From positions 1 through 53,920 of the forward strand of contig JAHLWZ010000898.1 of NCBI GenBank assembly GCA_020536535.1: DNA of 53,920 nt, given 5' to 3'. Position numbers and translations under genes: made by a program. Positions 23,844 to 37,137 of this stretch are shown piece by piece. The DNA comes from Pelomyxa schiedti. Its lineage: Eukaryota; Protista; Evosea. The first letter of the stretch is position 1. Each line of letters starts with the position of its first letter. The notes beneath the pieces were generated by a model. The model made no database searches. It saw only the letters and a program-made list of their open reading frames with translations, and was not told the origin of the DNA.

Positions 23844-26800
23844 ATGTCCGATTTTGTGCGGTACAAGTTTAAGGTTTGTCTACCCTTGGTAGTGGAAATC
23901 GTGGTGTCTGATTCCTTTTTTCCTTCTTTTTTTTTAGAGCTGGAAGGATTTCCAAACAGTATGGTTTAATGGCAGTTTCATTTCCGTTGGCGATCTCAAA
24001 GACTCAATCGCCAAAGCAAAAAAACTCACAACGGATGATTTTGACCTTCGTGTACAAAATGCACAAACCAACGAAGGTTTTTTTTTTTTTCTGGAAGACT
24101 TTTTCCCATGCCCTGACTTGATATTATACTACAGAGTACACTAATGACAACTTCTTGATACCCAAAAATACTTCAGTCATAGTACTGCGTGTCCCGTCAC
24201 AAAAGCCACGGCAACAAAAACCAGTGTATGCCAGATTAGTACAATCTTCACCTCGCTTAACTCTTCTTCTACTGCACCTGAAGTGAGATTTCCTCCCAAT
24301 CAACTTCCCAACAAGTATGTCTTTTTCTGTCTTGTTTTGTTTGCATGATTTGAGACAACTGTACAGCCCCCAGCACCAGTACCTCTAATGTTGATTGACG
24401 AAATGAGTCAAGTTCCTGGCATCTCTGCCAACTCTTCACAAACTCCAGCTGACAATGTGAGCATGGCAGAAGAAAATGAAAGAATCAAAGCACTGACCAC
24501 AAACCAATATCTGCCGTATGTTCTCAATTCTTACCTTTTTTACTGAGAGCCACCTAGTGATGTTAACCCCAATGCTGCACGTGGTCAATGGATGAAGCAC
24601 AATAAATTTGCTATGAGTACATCTTTAATTCCTCCTTCTAATTATGGTGAGTTATTTCCTTGATGGACACAATTAACCTTCTTTCCCTCCGCAGTGTGTC
24701 ATAGATGCAAACAACCAGGTTTTCCCCCTAACACAGTTTTTGTTGACTTATCCACTGCAGGTCATTACATTCAAAACTGTCCCACCAATGGAGACCCCTC
24801 ATTTGGTAAAATCAGAGATCTTTCATACTTTTTTCCACGTTTTTCTAATTTGGGCACCTTACAGAACCAGAGTACAGGAAGGTAAAATACCCACCTACAA
24901 GTCCCCAGGTTTCCTTGTGAGAGGAAAAACCATTCAATAAACAAACCACAGAAGCTGGATGAAGCTTACAAGCCAGCGGCACACCCACAAAACAGCCTTA
25001 CTGCAATGAAGCCAAACGAGTATGAAGATTAATAGTTTGAAAATTCTTACATTGCACCAGAAAACAACCTGATACCACAGTATCGTTGCCAGCTACGAGT
25101 GTAGACCCTGAGGTACCAGAATCACTCAAGTGCCCCCTTTGTGGCAAACTTTTTCAAGACGCAGTACTTCTGTCGTGTTGTGGGCAGTCCACTTGTGACA
25201 AATGTTGTATTACTCTTTGTTGGTCAGTTCTAATAATCCCTAGGCGTACAAGATTATTTTCTGATTAACGAGATGCAATGTCCACTTTGTTTCAAGCCCC
25301 TCACTGCACAAGCTGTCAATCCAAACAAAGTAGCACGCAGGCTTGTTGAATCACACCGTGCAACACTTGCACAACAAGCACAACCAAGTGGTGGTGACAC
25401 AAATGAGTCCAATGCAATGTCTGTTGACCAAGAGAAGAATAATGCAAAATCTGGTTTGGCTACTTCAGGAAACCAGGAAATTTCTGGGGAGGATACAGCC
25501 AGTGAAACAACATCAGAAAAGCTGAGCCATAAAAATTCTGAGTCCAGTGACTCAGGAGGACGGGGAGTGGATACACATGACACACAGACATCAACAAAAG
25601 GTTTTATGTTGAACTGTGCCTTTCTTCGTCTGTCTCTATAGCTTGTTAATGTCTTTTCTTCCCTTTTGTGTAAATCTACTTTTCTTCAATTCCTTACAGT
25701 ATTATAGACAAAAGTAATGGAAGCACGCCTGTATCCACCGAGAGCCCCAACCGGGAAAGCAGGTTTGTTAGTTATCCCTATCCGTTTGTAACAAGAAATG
25801 GGCAGTTCTCCAGAACGAAATAAAGATTCCAAGCAGTCCGCTGGGGACTACAGCAAAAATGTTTGCTCTTTTTATTTATTTATTCACCATTCTTATTCCC
25901 GCTACTTTTATTCAAAACAAGAAACCAAATAAATTTGATGGTAAATGTTATATTTGCGGTAGGCCAGGTAAGCTACTTCTACATAATCTCCATCTGCAAC
26001 ATTTTTCCTATCGCAGGACATTTAGCAAGAGAATGCTATCAACATGTGCAGTACCCCGCCCCAAGCCCTTTTCCCCCATTTGCATACACAGCCTCTGGAT
26101 TTCCTTTGACTCCCCCATACTCAAAGTAACAAGGTTTTTATAACCCAACTTCGGCACTGACTGTGATATAGTAACCCTTACATTATTGCTCCTCACGATG
26201 CCTACATTATGTACTTTCAATTTCCATACTGAAGCCCTAAGGCGAAAATTTAGGTGGAACGGTGGTAGGGCTAGATCCAAATCAAGATCGAGATCAAGAT
26301 CTAGGACACCCCCACGTTCAAGATCACACTCCAGATCGCAATCTCGACCAAGAGCAAAAACTAAGGCCAGGTCAAAAACTCGATCAAAGTCACGACCCAG
26401 AGAAATGAGGTTTTTCCATCTGCATTCTTCACTGTGACTCACATTGAAATCCCAGCAAAGGTCGAAGTAAGAGTAGACCAAGAAGCCAAAGTAGAAGCAG
26501 AAAGCACAATACGAATAGCAGAAGTAGAAGTAGAAGCAAGAGTAGAGGCAAAAAGCACAACAAAAGTCGAAGTAGAAGCAAGAGCACGGTGAAAAGCAGG
26601 AGCAGGAGTAGAGGTAAAAACAGAATGAAAAGCAGGAGCAGGAGCAAAAACAGAAGCAGAAGCCGAACCAGAAGCAGAAGCAGAGGTAAACGCAGGAGCA
26701 GAACTAGAAGCAGAAGCAGAAGCGCGAGCAAAAAGGTCAAAAGAAGTCCTAGTAGAAGTAAAGCACCACACAGTAGCACAGACAAAGAAGATATTGATAA

Positions 26801-28096
26801 AAGAAAAACCAAGGAAAGTAAAAGTAAAAGCCCCACGAAGCAGAGAGCCAAAGAAAACTCCGTAGGCAAGAATATGGAAGGGAGTGAAAAATCCAAACCC
26901 GGAAAAGAGAAAACAACTCCAACTGATAAACCAAGCGATGTGTCCAGTCGTGGAACCTCTTCTACTAAGGAACCCAATAAAGATGCAGGGAAGATAAACG
27001 CGAGTAGCAAGGACTCACTCAAAGTTACTTCAAAATCTGCTTCATCCACTAGTCAAAAACCAATCAAAGAGACAGATAAGACAAACACCCCTGCACCTCA
27101 GAAAGCATCTTCCAAAGATAAACTCGCTGTGAACATTACAAGGTACTATTATGTTAAAAAAAAGCTGTGTTCTCATATTTGACAGATCAGAGACTCAAAC
27201 AGGTTTTCCTACTCGTTCTTAACCTTAGCATAACTCTTATAGAAATCCCCGATAAAGGAAGCTCGCCACCTATACTTGTCAAACCTGAGCACCCTCTTGC
27301 AACTCCAAAAGATACAGTGAAGTCACAGCCCAGTGCCCAAACAAAGAGTGACTCACAAGTTACAGAAAGAAAGCGTGCACCACCCAGTAACAGTGCAAGT
27401 ACCACCCAACCAACACCCCAAAAGAAGCCCCGTACCGACGAGACCCCAGCCCTCCGGACCACAGTGACACCCAAAGCATCAGGCTCCCCCAGTCTAGTGG
27501 CGAAAACGCCAGAGCATCTCCCTGCAGCGAAGGAAAACACCGGAAAATCGTCACAGGCTCCAGTAAACTCCACCCCTTCTACTACCATAACCATAACACG
27601 ACAAATCACACCTATTGAAACAAAGAACACCCACAAACCAACAACTCCCACCCCTCCAATCCCGAAGCCCAGTGCCGGAAAGGTGACAATCAACCTGATA
27701 CACACCCCACCAAACCCCACCACCACCAACACCTCTACTAGTACACCCGATAAAGTAAATAACGTGAAACCCTCCGTCTCTGACACTGCTCCCACAAGTT
27801 CAACTAAAGTTGCCCAACCACCACCTGCAACCACTAACACCAACACCAGTAGCACCGAGGCTCTACAGAGCACAACGCCCTCGTCCTCTGCGGACCAACA
27901 ACCCAAAAAGCACCACAAAGACAAAAAAGAACACAACAATGGTAGTGGTGAAAAAAAACATCACCACCATCACCATCACCATAAGAAGAGTCACGCAACT
28001 GACACAACACCAACTGCTTCAACAGAACCTGAAAAACCTGAGGCTGCTGTTGCTGCAGTAGGGGAACAAAAAGCAACAACAGCCATGAAGGAGTGA
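23844..28096 (+). CDS. RBBP6: RBBP6/Mpe1-family E3 ligase / 3'-end processing factor (DWNN, Zn knuckle, RING, second knuckle, SR domain)
   Basis: DWNN: MSDFVRYKFK|SWKDFQTVWFNGSFISVGDLKDSI...FDLRVQNAQTNE|EYTNDNFLIPKNTSVIVLRVP. Knuckle: VCHRCKQP|GHYIQNCPTNGDP. RING: CPLCGKLFQDAVLLSCCGQSTCDKC...CPLC. Second knuckle CYICGRP|GHLAREC, then RS dipeptide repeats. Confidence 0.92.
26270..26760 (+). repeat. RS-dipeptide coding repeat (AGCAGA/AGTAGA-rich) within RBBP6
   Basis: Translates as SRSRSRS-type repeats. Confidence 0.8.
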
Positions 28097-28175
28097 TGTG
28101 GGTGGCTGAGGTGGGAAAGGAAAAAAAATCTTGTCTTTATGAGTGGCTGTTTGTCTATCTATGCACAGGTAATAT

Positions 28176-29385
28176 TTAAAAGCCGGGAGGGTGTAGAATG
28201 GTATCGCGTAGGGCACGGGAGTACTGAGCCGGAAGCCAGTATAAGTTATACCTTGTATTTAGTGAGAACGTGAAAGCTGGTTGAACGGGACTGAACCTGG
28301 ATGCTTCCTCTTTTCCCAAGTGTAATTGAACAAGGCAGTACCCCTCATGGCCGATTATTGGCTCAAATGTGACTGTGTGAATAGATCCAAATGGAAGTCT
28401 CTCAGTATGACTTGCTGTTGCAATCCACAGCTCTTGGGAATAAACTTTGCATGTGAGCCTAACCTTTTCTCCCCTGTGGTTCAGAACTCCAACTAATGGC
28501 GTGCTTGGAAGTGGTTCATGTCTGCCAAGGTTCCATCACAAAGGTATGAGCACAACAGCAAGGGAGTGCAAGAAGTGATTAGCAAGGGGAAATGAAAAAT
28601 TATATGTTGCAGGTGACGGACTGACTTGTTATTAAATCCTGGCTCCGCATTGTCGGGTAGTCCCTTGTCGAGTATCTTCTTGTGTTGTGGTTTTGTACAA
28701 AGTGGCTCTGCAGCTGATTGCGCGGCTTCCATTGTCGCAACTTGCCCTGGTGTGGGTGCCACCAATGCTTTGCACACATCCTCAATGGCACTGCCTATGA
28801 GCATGAATTTCGCGCCGTTTTTTATGTTTGTTGGAGGGCTGGATATTTTTGCGGTACTGTCCTTCACAATGGATCCTCTGAGCATCAGCTTCTGCAGTTC
28901 GGGTGTCACACCTTTAGCAGATGTAACCTAACATAGTGCCGGAAGGCAAATAAACCTGTCTTCTCGCCGATGATTCGTTTCAGTTCGTTGACTGGTGCAT
29001 TCTATGTTGAAGGAAATGTGAATAAAAAGAGGAAGTGGGAAGAAGGGGAGGGACAAAAAAAAATAAAAAAAAAGCACAAAATGGCAGGAAGTACATCTGG
29101 GACTTGGATTTCGAAGTTCTGTTTCTTGAAAATAACCGTAACTGTGATGAGCGGCCCTGGTGGCTCCTTCGCAGCGGTTGTCGTGCTTGTGGTGGTGCCT
29201 TCTGTGGGCAGTGCTGCTGTGGGTGTAACTGTGCCGGGGACGGACGACGCCGAAGATTCAGCTGTTGAGGCCGCACTGCTGACTGCTGGAGGGACTGTGT
29301 CACTAGTGGGTTGTGGATCTGGTGCTGTTGTCGTAGTTTCGGGACTCTTAGCCGACGTCGCTCCCGTCTCACTCGTGTCTGTCAT
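28176..29385 (-). CDS. UBFD1: Ubiquitin domain-containing protein UBFD1 homolog
   Basis: UBL: ITVTVIFKKQNFEIQVP...GVTPELQKLM...KFMLIGS. UBFD1 C-terminal motifs EPLCTKPQHKKILDKGLPD, GEKVRLT, LWIAT, EPIIGHEG, YWLPAQY..ALRDTIL. Confidence 0.9.
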
Positions 29386-29578
29386 TTTTTTATAAAGATG
29401 GAAAAACAGATGATTTCAAATCGTGATAAGTTTTTTTGGTTTTTAGTGCTGGTGGGTGGCACTAATTCCCTGGTGAGGTTACAAGTTGGGTTCTTGCTGC
29501 TGGGTATTATTGAGTGAACCCCCGGGGCACGAAAGGGACTTGTGGGAAGGCACATGCAATGGCAAGCAAGGGTCGGGG

Positions 29579-32500
29579 TCAGGTCTTCTTTGGTGTACCT
29601 AGTATCTGGCCCAGGGTCGATCGCCTCCTGGCCAGTGATGCTATGGTAGTTGGTGGGACCCTCATAGGAGTGGCTGAGGTTGCGGAGGTGGGGGGGGATG
29701 TGGAGGGGTGTGAGGGCACTTGGTTGGCCGTGGAGGGAGACGTGTGTGTCGGTGAGGACGTGGGAGCGGGAGCGGGCGGTGCCGGCGTGGTGCCCGCCGC
29801 GGGGTGGAGCGGCGTACTGGGCTGCTGGAAGACGACGAGGGAGGCTCCGTCGGCCTTGGCGGCTGTGAGCTCTGTGAGGGCGCTGGGGGTGCTTTGCTTC
29901 AGCTTGCTTAGAATGCCCCGGAGGCTGCTGCTTCGTCGGCTAAGAGGCGCTGGAGCGCTCGTGGATGGAGGAGGATTTTCCTCCTGCTGGGATTCTTCAG
30001 AGGAGCCTGAGATATTGTTACCTGCTGGAGTAACAAAAAAACGGATAACTATACCACGAGCCTGCATCATTCTGCTAAGTTGCCGCATTTCTGGAGATTC
30101 CAAAAAATCTTGACTCTCTTGGCTTGCTTCCTTTTGTTATGGTGTAAGACACAGAATTCTTTGCGCTAGGAATACAAACAATTTGTTGACGAGCATGTTG
30201 TCTCATTTGCAAAGTAGAACGTGGATTGGAACTCCGGGTAAGCTCCGCCAGCTCATCTTGTATACTTTGGGGCTCGGCACTCAATGAATCCTTGAGGGAC
30301 TTAGATTCTTCACCTTATCTTCATCAAATGGTACCTGTTGTTGAGCATTAATGAGCCCAGCTCTCTCACTTCGAAGCAGTTCACTGAGAGACATAGTATT
30401 GCCTTCACCCATTAGTCGCTTTGCCCAGCGTCTGAAGATCGTGAGTTCATTGTACTTGAATTCAAGTGCCGCACCTATCAGCAAAACGGGACATGACCAT
30501 ATCAAGGGCGGCATCATCTTCGTTTGCTGCCTGTGACCTGAAAAGATCTTGTGCAACTTTACTATCAGCCTTCAATTGTTGTGCATTGGTAGAATCACCA
30601 ACAACACCAAACACCTCTTCCAGCTCCTTGCCTTATTTTTGTTGAGAAACAGAGGCGTCATGCAGAAGAACTTACTGGTCAACTGTCGCGTTTCATCATC
30701 AGCTTCATCCGAACTGACATCAGATTTGCCTTCACTTGATAGTTCGGCTTCAACATCAATCAACTCTTGAACAGTCTGTTTGGGTACTGATTCGTCCTCA
30801 TTGTCACTATTCAGCACATCTGTTATATCAATAATGTCGTCCATTTTTTCCTCTTGTCCCTTTTTTGCTTGTGAGAAGTAATAACGAAAGTAGGGAGGAG
30901 TTGATACCAATTGTGAAGTTCCCCTACGCAAACGTTTCAATGGCTTAGGCACTGTCTGCTTTTTGTGTTTTTTGCTCTTCACCTTTTTTTCTGGTAAAGA
31001 TTGCTGGGGTGAAGTGTGGGAATCTGGCGAATCTGACTCTATTTCAACCACATCTACAAGAGGAGCCCCTGTTGCCTGTGGTTGCGGCAGTTGTTTACTC
31101 TGTGATGGTGACTCTCCCTTTTGGGAGTCTGGTACGGGTAATGGCCTCGTCTCTCCCTGAGGCTGTGATTCCGTTTGCAGAGACTCGTGGAGCCTTAGGT
31201 CTACAGAGGGATTTTGTAGTTGTTTATCAGATTCTTGCTTGCCCAGGGATGGAAGAATGAGGATTTGTGAATTTTCCTCCGAGTTGAAAATTGGACTATC
31301 ATAGGTGATTAGTTGTATATCAACACCACAAAATGTACCTTGGGGGCAATGAAGGAGATTTGTCATGAGGTAAAGTTGTGCTTGTAAGTTCAGGGGATTT
31401 GGGTTCACTTACAGTGGGGACTTGGGGCGAAAGTGGTGGTGTCAAGGTCCTGGGGCTTGATATAACTTGTGGGTTCTCATTTTCTTTGCTGTTTTGTGGA
31501 GACGGATTTGCTTGGTTCTCATTAGCAGTGTTAGTAGTAGGGGAGCTTGGCAGTTTCCCAGGACAACGCTCTGTAAGCTCACTCAAAACCGGGCGAGGGG
31601 ATGGAACTGGGGAATCAGGGAGGTCCAGCAATTCCAACTCTTCAAGAGTAATTGTAGGAGCATCCTTCTCTTCGTCGCTTTTGTTTGTAGGAGGTGCCCT
31701 ACCCAGAGAGGTGTAAAGAGAGATCTGTTTGTGAAGCTGCTTTTGTTCGATTGTGTTCAGTAGTTTGTCAAGCGAATAGGGCATAGGTCGTGGTCGTGGC
31801 AAAACAACAGGGCAATCTCTTGACTATGTAAGTTCAATGCATTGATGTAATGCAATGTGAGTCATGTACCTCTCACCAACTTAGCAGATGCTTTCCCTGA
31901 TTCATTTGTTGAGACACGTCTTCTCTTGCGTTTGTTTGTTTCTACTTGGTCCTACAATCAAAGTTAACGGAAAAATTGTGGAAGTAATTGGGATTTGCAC
32001 CTGTGGCCCCACATCACCTTGGTCACCCTCTGTCTTGCGTTGTCCTTTTCTCCTTCTTCCTCTGCCTTTACTCTGCCCCTCCTTTTTCTTCTTGTGTGTT
32101 TTTTCTTGTGGTTGGTATTCACCATCACTGGCACCCTCCTTCCCTGCACCTGCATCCTCAGTACTGTCCTTCTTTCCCAGGGCCGCCTCCTTGGCGCCTT
32201 CCTCCAAAGTAACACCCTCCATATTCTCTGTTGCATCATTTCCTTTCTCAGAGTCAGAGTGATCCTTGTTGCCCGTTTTGGTGTGCTTGTGTTTGTGCTT
32301 GTGCGTCTGTTTCTTGTGGTGGTGTGACTTGCTGTTCTTTGTTTTTGTGTGCTTGTGGCTTTTGTGATGCTTGTGGTGCTTGTCTTTAGTGTCGCTGCCG
32401 GGGTCGTCGTTGCTGCCTGTTTTTTCCTTACTGCCGTGGTGCTTTTTGTGTTTTGCCTTTTCTTTTTTTGTCTTGTGATGAGTTTTGTGCTTGTGCTTCT

Positions 32501-32750
32501 GCTTCTTCGTCTTCTTCTCGTCGGGGCCGCCCTTGTCGTCGCCACTCTTCTCGCCTTTTTCATCGCCGTATCCGCCGTTTGCGTCGGCGACTACGGCGTC
32601 GCTTTTTTCTTGGTCTAGGGTGTTGCTAGCAATCGAACTCTCGGCTGTCGACGCGTTGTTGGTTTCTGGGATCTCACCAGATCCGGTGTTACCTCCGCCC
32701 TCCTTGTCCCCGCGTGTTGTAGGCGTTCCATCTTCGCCATCGTCCCCCAT
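29579..32750 (-). CDS. Probable Claspin/Mrc1-like replication checkpoint mediator (largely low complexity)
   Basis: Spliced ASAKLVR|DCPVVLPRPRPMPYSLDKLL resembles the Claspin ETQRLxRE..L.LP motif. LIDVEAELSSEGKSDVSSDEADDE...DLFRSQAANEDDAALDMVMSRF resembles the MRC1 acidic domain. K/H-rich N-terminus. Confidence 0.55.
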
Positions 32751-32921
32751 CTTGCCGGTATAAAACCAAATTTCGAAGGGAGGATTCTCGGATCCTTGTC
32801 ACTGGCCCGGGCCAGGAACATAAGTACAATGCGTCGATAGCGTAGAGACGATACGAGTTGGGGGGGGTACTTCTGTACATCTGTGCCCCCCCCAACTCCT
32901 TTGTTGTACATCAGCCAAAAT

Positions 32922-35900
32922 ATGCAAGGCAGCGGAATTGCCGGTTCAACCGGTGTCGGTTGCAACGTATGCGTGCGGCTTGTGGTAGTTGCCTGCGTAT
33001 GTGCCGTTTCGTTGTTGGGCAGACTCGAAGCGAGTGGGCTCGGGTTACGCGAATCCCAGGCCGCCAACGGGACTGTGTACGAGGGCGGCGCCAGGTTCGT
33101 GGTGTACACGAGCACGCTGGTGAGGATGGAGTACAGCAGTTCGGGATTATGGGAGGATTCGACCACTCTCAATGTCATTAATAGGGCTTCGGATTTCACT
33201 GATTTCACAACCTCTGTGAGCCTTTTACATTTTTTTTTCTTTTTATTTGTTTTTTTTTAGTGTATCTTATTTGGGATAAGGTTGTTAGTGGATGGAGGCA
33301 GATAAAGACTTCCAATATCGTGGTTTACTATCAAGTTGGTAGTGGTGCGTTCTCTTCAACCAATCTGAAGGTATGATTCCAGTACTAAACTTGGGGTGAA
33401 ACTGAAACAACGGGAAGGTTCTCCTGGTTCCAAGTAAAACAGTCGTGTACCCATTCAAAGCTCAAGCAGCCAACAATTTGAAGGGCTGGGTGAGGAGCCT
33501 TGATGGTGCCAATGGTGCAGTCAGCCTTAATGACGGAATTTTCACCACAAATGGTTGGTATCTGCTTGACGACACTGATACAGGTTGTTCTCTCATACAT
33601 TTTTGGCTTTCTAAATCAGAGCAGCTGTTAGGCAAGGTGACTGGATGGTTACGAGAGCTGAGAGAAATCAGCAGAGCAGCAGAGGTGTCTACGATACCAC
33701 TACATTGGTCCAGTATTGGAATGAAGGTAGAACGGATAGCCTTCTCTGTGGAACAAATGACTGTTACAGCGGAAATCCCGATTACACAATGGTATATATC
33801 TTTGTCAATATCTGAGCTTTCTTGGTAGCAACAATTGAAGGTAAGAGTGGAGGGCTATCAACCTAATTCATACGAAAAAACTGCTGTACAACTCTTTGAT
33901 TACTGGGATTCTACTCTCATTGATAACTATGCTACCACTCTCAGCACTCCTCCTAGTGGTTACACCCCTGCGTGGTAATAGATAAAAGTCCTGAACAGCA
34001 TTGGAACCTGCTATTAATATAAATTCAGGTTCTCCAATGGCTATGTATTATCTGCACCACAAACAGATATTACTCATAGTATTTCTGTATGGTGGAGTGA
34101 GACACGTCAGGTCAACCCTTTTACCAATTTTGAAGCTGAACTGCTTTCAGGATTTCCTTACTGTCGGCTCCGACGAAGGGATAAGTTACGCTGAAAGTAA
34201 CGGATACATACTGGCGTTTGATGACATTGGATGGATTTACACTTCCCCACCAGCCAAACAGTATCAAGACACGTACTTCTTTGGCTATGAAAATAACTTC
34301 AAGACTGCTTTAACTGATTTCATGCTGATTACTGGTCTCCCCCCAATGCTTCCACGCGCGGTCTTTGGGATTTGGTACAGCAAGGTAGGATTTCCTCTAT
34401 TTTACACAACTTAGCCTTGAAGTACTATGCTTATACTGACGACGACTACCGAAACGATTTAATCCCTATGTTTCGGGTACCAAGTTACTAAAAATCTGTA
34501 TTCTAATCAACAAAAAAGTCTGAAAAAGTGCCCCTGGATGTTTTATCAATTGACACTGATTGGAAAAGTCCCAACACATGGGATGGTTGGGAATGGAATT
34601 CTGCATTATTCCCAGATCCGGATGACTTCATTTCATGGGCGGACTCTGAGGGATTGGTGTTAAACTTAAATGTGCATCCCAGGTACTTTCATCTAAAGAG
34701 CTTGGTAGCCTTAAAGGAAAATCAGTATTGTCACCGATGATCCTAAATACTCTGAATGCAGTGCTATAACAGGAGATACCCTCAAGACAGACACTGATGG
34801 TAAAAAGTGCTTCGATTGGTCAATATACAATCACACTGAAGCCTTTTTCTGGCTCATGCAACCATTTGAACAGGAAGGAATCCGGTTTTGGTATGGGAAA
34901 CGTTCCTGCGAAATTCACATAAATAATACACCTTAGGTGGAATGATTGGTGTTGTGAGTGTCAAGGAGTCTCAAACATGGCCGGTCTTCCTGCAGATTGT
35001 TGGCTTAATTTCCTCTATAAATATGACGTGGATCAGGTACATAGAGTTTTCTAAGATTTCCGAGGTTTTTTTTATTCCCACAGAAAGGACTACGTGGGTT
35101 CAGTATGTCACGAATTGGAGCCGCTCTCGGCAGTTCATTTGCACCTGGTGGTGCTTGGTCTGAGCACCGCTCCTCTATGCACTTCACTGGTAAATGTTTT
35201 CAAAGTGTGATTTCGAAATGACCCCTCTAGGTGATACTTATGACACCTGGGACATGCTTTCTTTTGAGGCTTACGTGACCCCTCGTGAATCTGCAATTGG
35301 TGTTCCTTATGTTACTCACGATATCGGAAGCCATTTAGGAACTCATTTAGCTGATGATTTGTACCTCAGATGGGTTCAACTGGGTTCATTCCAGGTAAAA
35401 CTTTGCTGAGACCAACCATTAACTTCTCCGAAAGCCTATTTTCCGCCTGCATTCACAACCGGAAGGAGAGAGGTTGCCCTGGGAATATCCTCCAGTTCAA
35501 ACCCAGGCTGAGGACATGATGAGGCTCCGCCATTCCCTACTTCCCTATACATACACAACAGCTTGGCAGGTGTGTCTCTATTTTCGAAGTTCTTACTCAC
35601 AGTATGGCAGGCAGCAACCACGGGGCTCCCAATGAATAGGCCTTTGTTCCTTGAATACCCAGGATACACTGCCGCTTACTCCTATTCCCATGAGTTTATG
35701 TTTGGAGATTCACTTCTTGTTGCTCCAGTCTTGACCTCAGGAATGGATGAAGTCTCAACCGAGCTGTGGTTACCTCCAGGAGTTTGGTTCAACTGGTTTG
35801 ATTCTAGTTGCACTCCAATGACAGGACCAGCAGTAGTCACTGTTGTTTCCACCTTAGATGACATGCCACTCTTTGCGCGAAAAGGATGCATCATTCCAAT

Positions 35901-36348
35901 GGAATCATACAGTGACTGGGACCCGCTTCCCGCCAACGTCGACCCCCTTGTGCTCCGCATATTTTCCGGTGAGAATTCCACCTTTACCATGTACGAAGAC
36001 GGCGGTGATGGCCAAGAATGGCAGACCGGTGCCTATTCAACGACATTCCTACAATGGACAGAGCAATCCCCGGGCGTGATTCGCAGCGGAGGCTCCGGAA
36101 CCCTGGCGATCAATTCCAGACAAGGAACCTATGGCGGAGCCAGTCAATCCCGGGCCTATCAGATCACGGTTGCCCCAGTGGCTTCCTCTGGGCCCCTCTC
36201 TGTCCAGTGTAATGGGAAACAACTGCCATGTGTGGACCCAGATTCCACTGATGAGGGCTGGTGGTACGACACAACAAATCTTTCTACTAATGTGAGGCTC
36301 AATTCGCTGAGTGTTTCAGCAGCAGTCAGTGTTACATTTACTTTCTAA
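32922..36348 (+). CDS. Secreted glycoside hydrolase family 31 (alpha-glucosidase/xylosidase-like) with an inserted three-repeat domain
   Basis: Signal peptide; ARFVVYTSTLVRMEYS; PPMLPRAVFGIWYSK; VPLDVLSIDTDWK; nucleophile FW|WNDWCC; acid/base HFT|GDTYDTW; YVTHDIGSH; LYLRWVQLGSF; PMNRPLFLEYP; EFMFGDSLLVAPV; MYEDGGDG. Confidence 0.93.
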
Positions 36349-36439
36349 TAGCATTTCGCAGCCAAATTAAATCAAAATGCATTTGTTGTAGGCAAAGAAA
36401 CCGTTTTTTTAAAAAAAAATCCATAGGAGCCTAACATAC

Positions 36440-36821
36440 TGTTGTTGAAGGTGATTTACTTATATACTGAGGCGAGCGAGGCTGCTGAAATCGGGACAGG
36501 CAGAAGAGTACTCTGTGGTGGCTGTTGTGGTTCTGCTGCTGGTTCTTGCCTATTAACACAAACTGCATAAAGTGAGAGAATGCATATCTTGGATTCGCTG
36601 TGCTTGAAATCGAAATCTCGCGGTTGGTGACTTGGGGGTGGTTGTTGTTGGGGTTGGTTGGGGTTGAAGGTTGAAGTTGAATGATTTACTTATAAACTGA
36701 ACATGTTGTTGAAGATGATTTACTTATCTTCTGAGGCGAGCGAGGCTGCTGAAATCGGGGCAGGCAGAAGAGTACTCTGTGGCGGCTGTTGTGGTTCTGC
36801 TGCTGGTTCTTGCCTATTAAC
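36440..36821. repeat. ~118-bp direct repeat (36440-36558 and 36704-36821), an apparently duplicated minus-strand exon
   Basis: Near-identical copies. On the minus strand each reads tag|QEPAAEPQQPPQSTLLP(A/V)PISAASLAS..|gtaaat. Confidence 0.85.
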
Positions 36822-37137
36822 TCGTGGTCAAAACGAAAAGAAAAACAGGGTTGTTGTAGTGTTGTGGCGACTGTAGTACAAGAAAACCGACCTGTATTGA
36901 CTTTTTACGAGGGTTTTGTAATTGGGAAGATCCCAGAGAGGAGATCCTGGTCTCACTAACCTCCGTGACGAATTTGATTTCGAGTTGATAGCAAAAATCG
37001 GGGAAACCATTTGTTTTCCGCGGCTTTCCGTTCCGATTCGCCACAGCGCTGTAGGAATAAATGCAGATGTCCTATAGCTGGGGAAGCCAGAATTGACATG
37101 TTGTTCATCATTCCCTCTATTGGAGCACATTGGGTGT

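Noticed and set aside
26429-27049. Leu-rich membrane-like ORF on the minus strand
   Set aside because: Antisense shadow of the RS-repeat exon of RBBP6.
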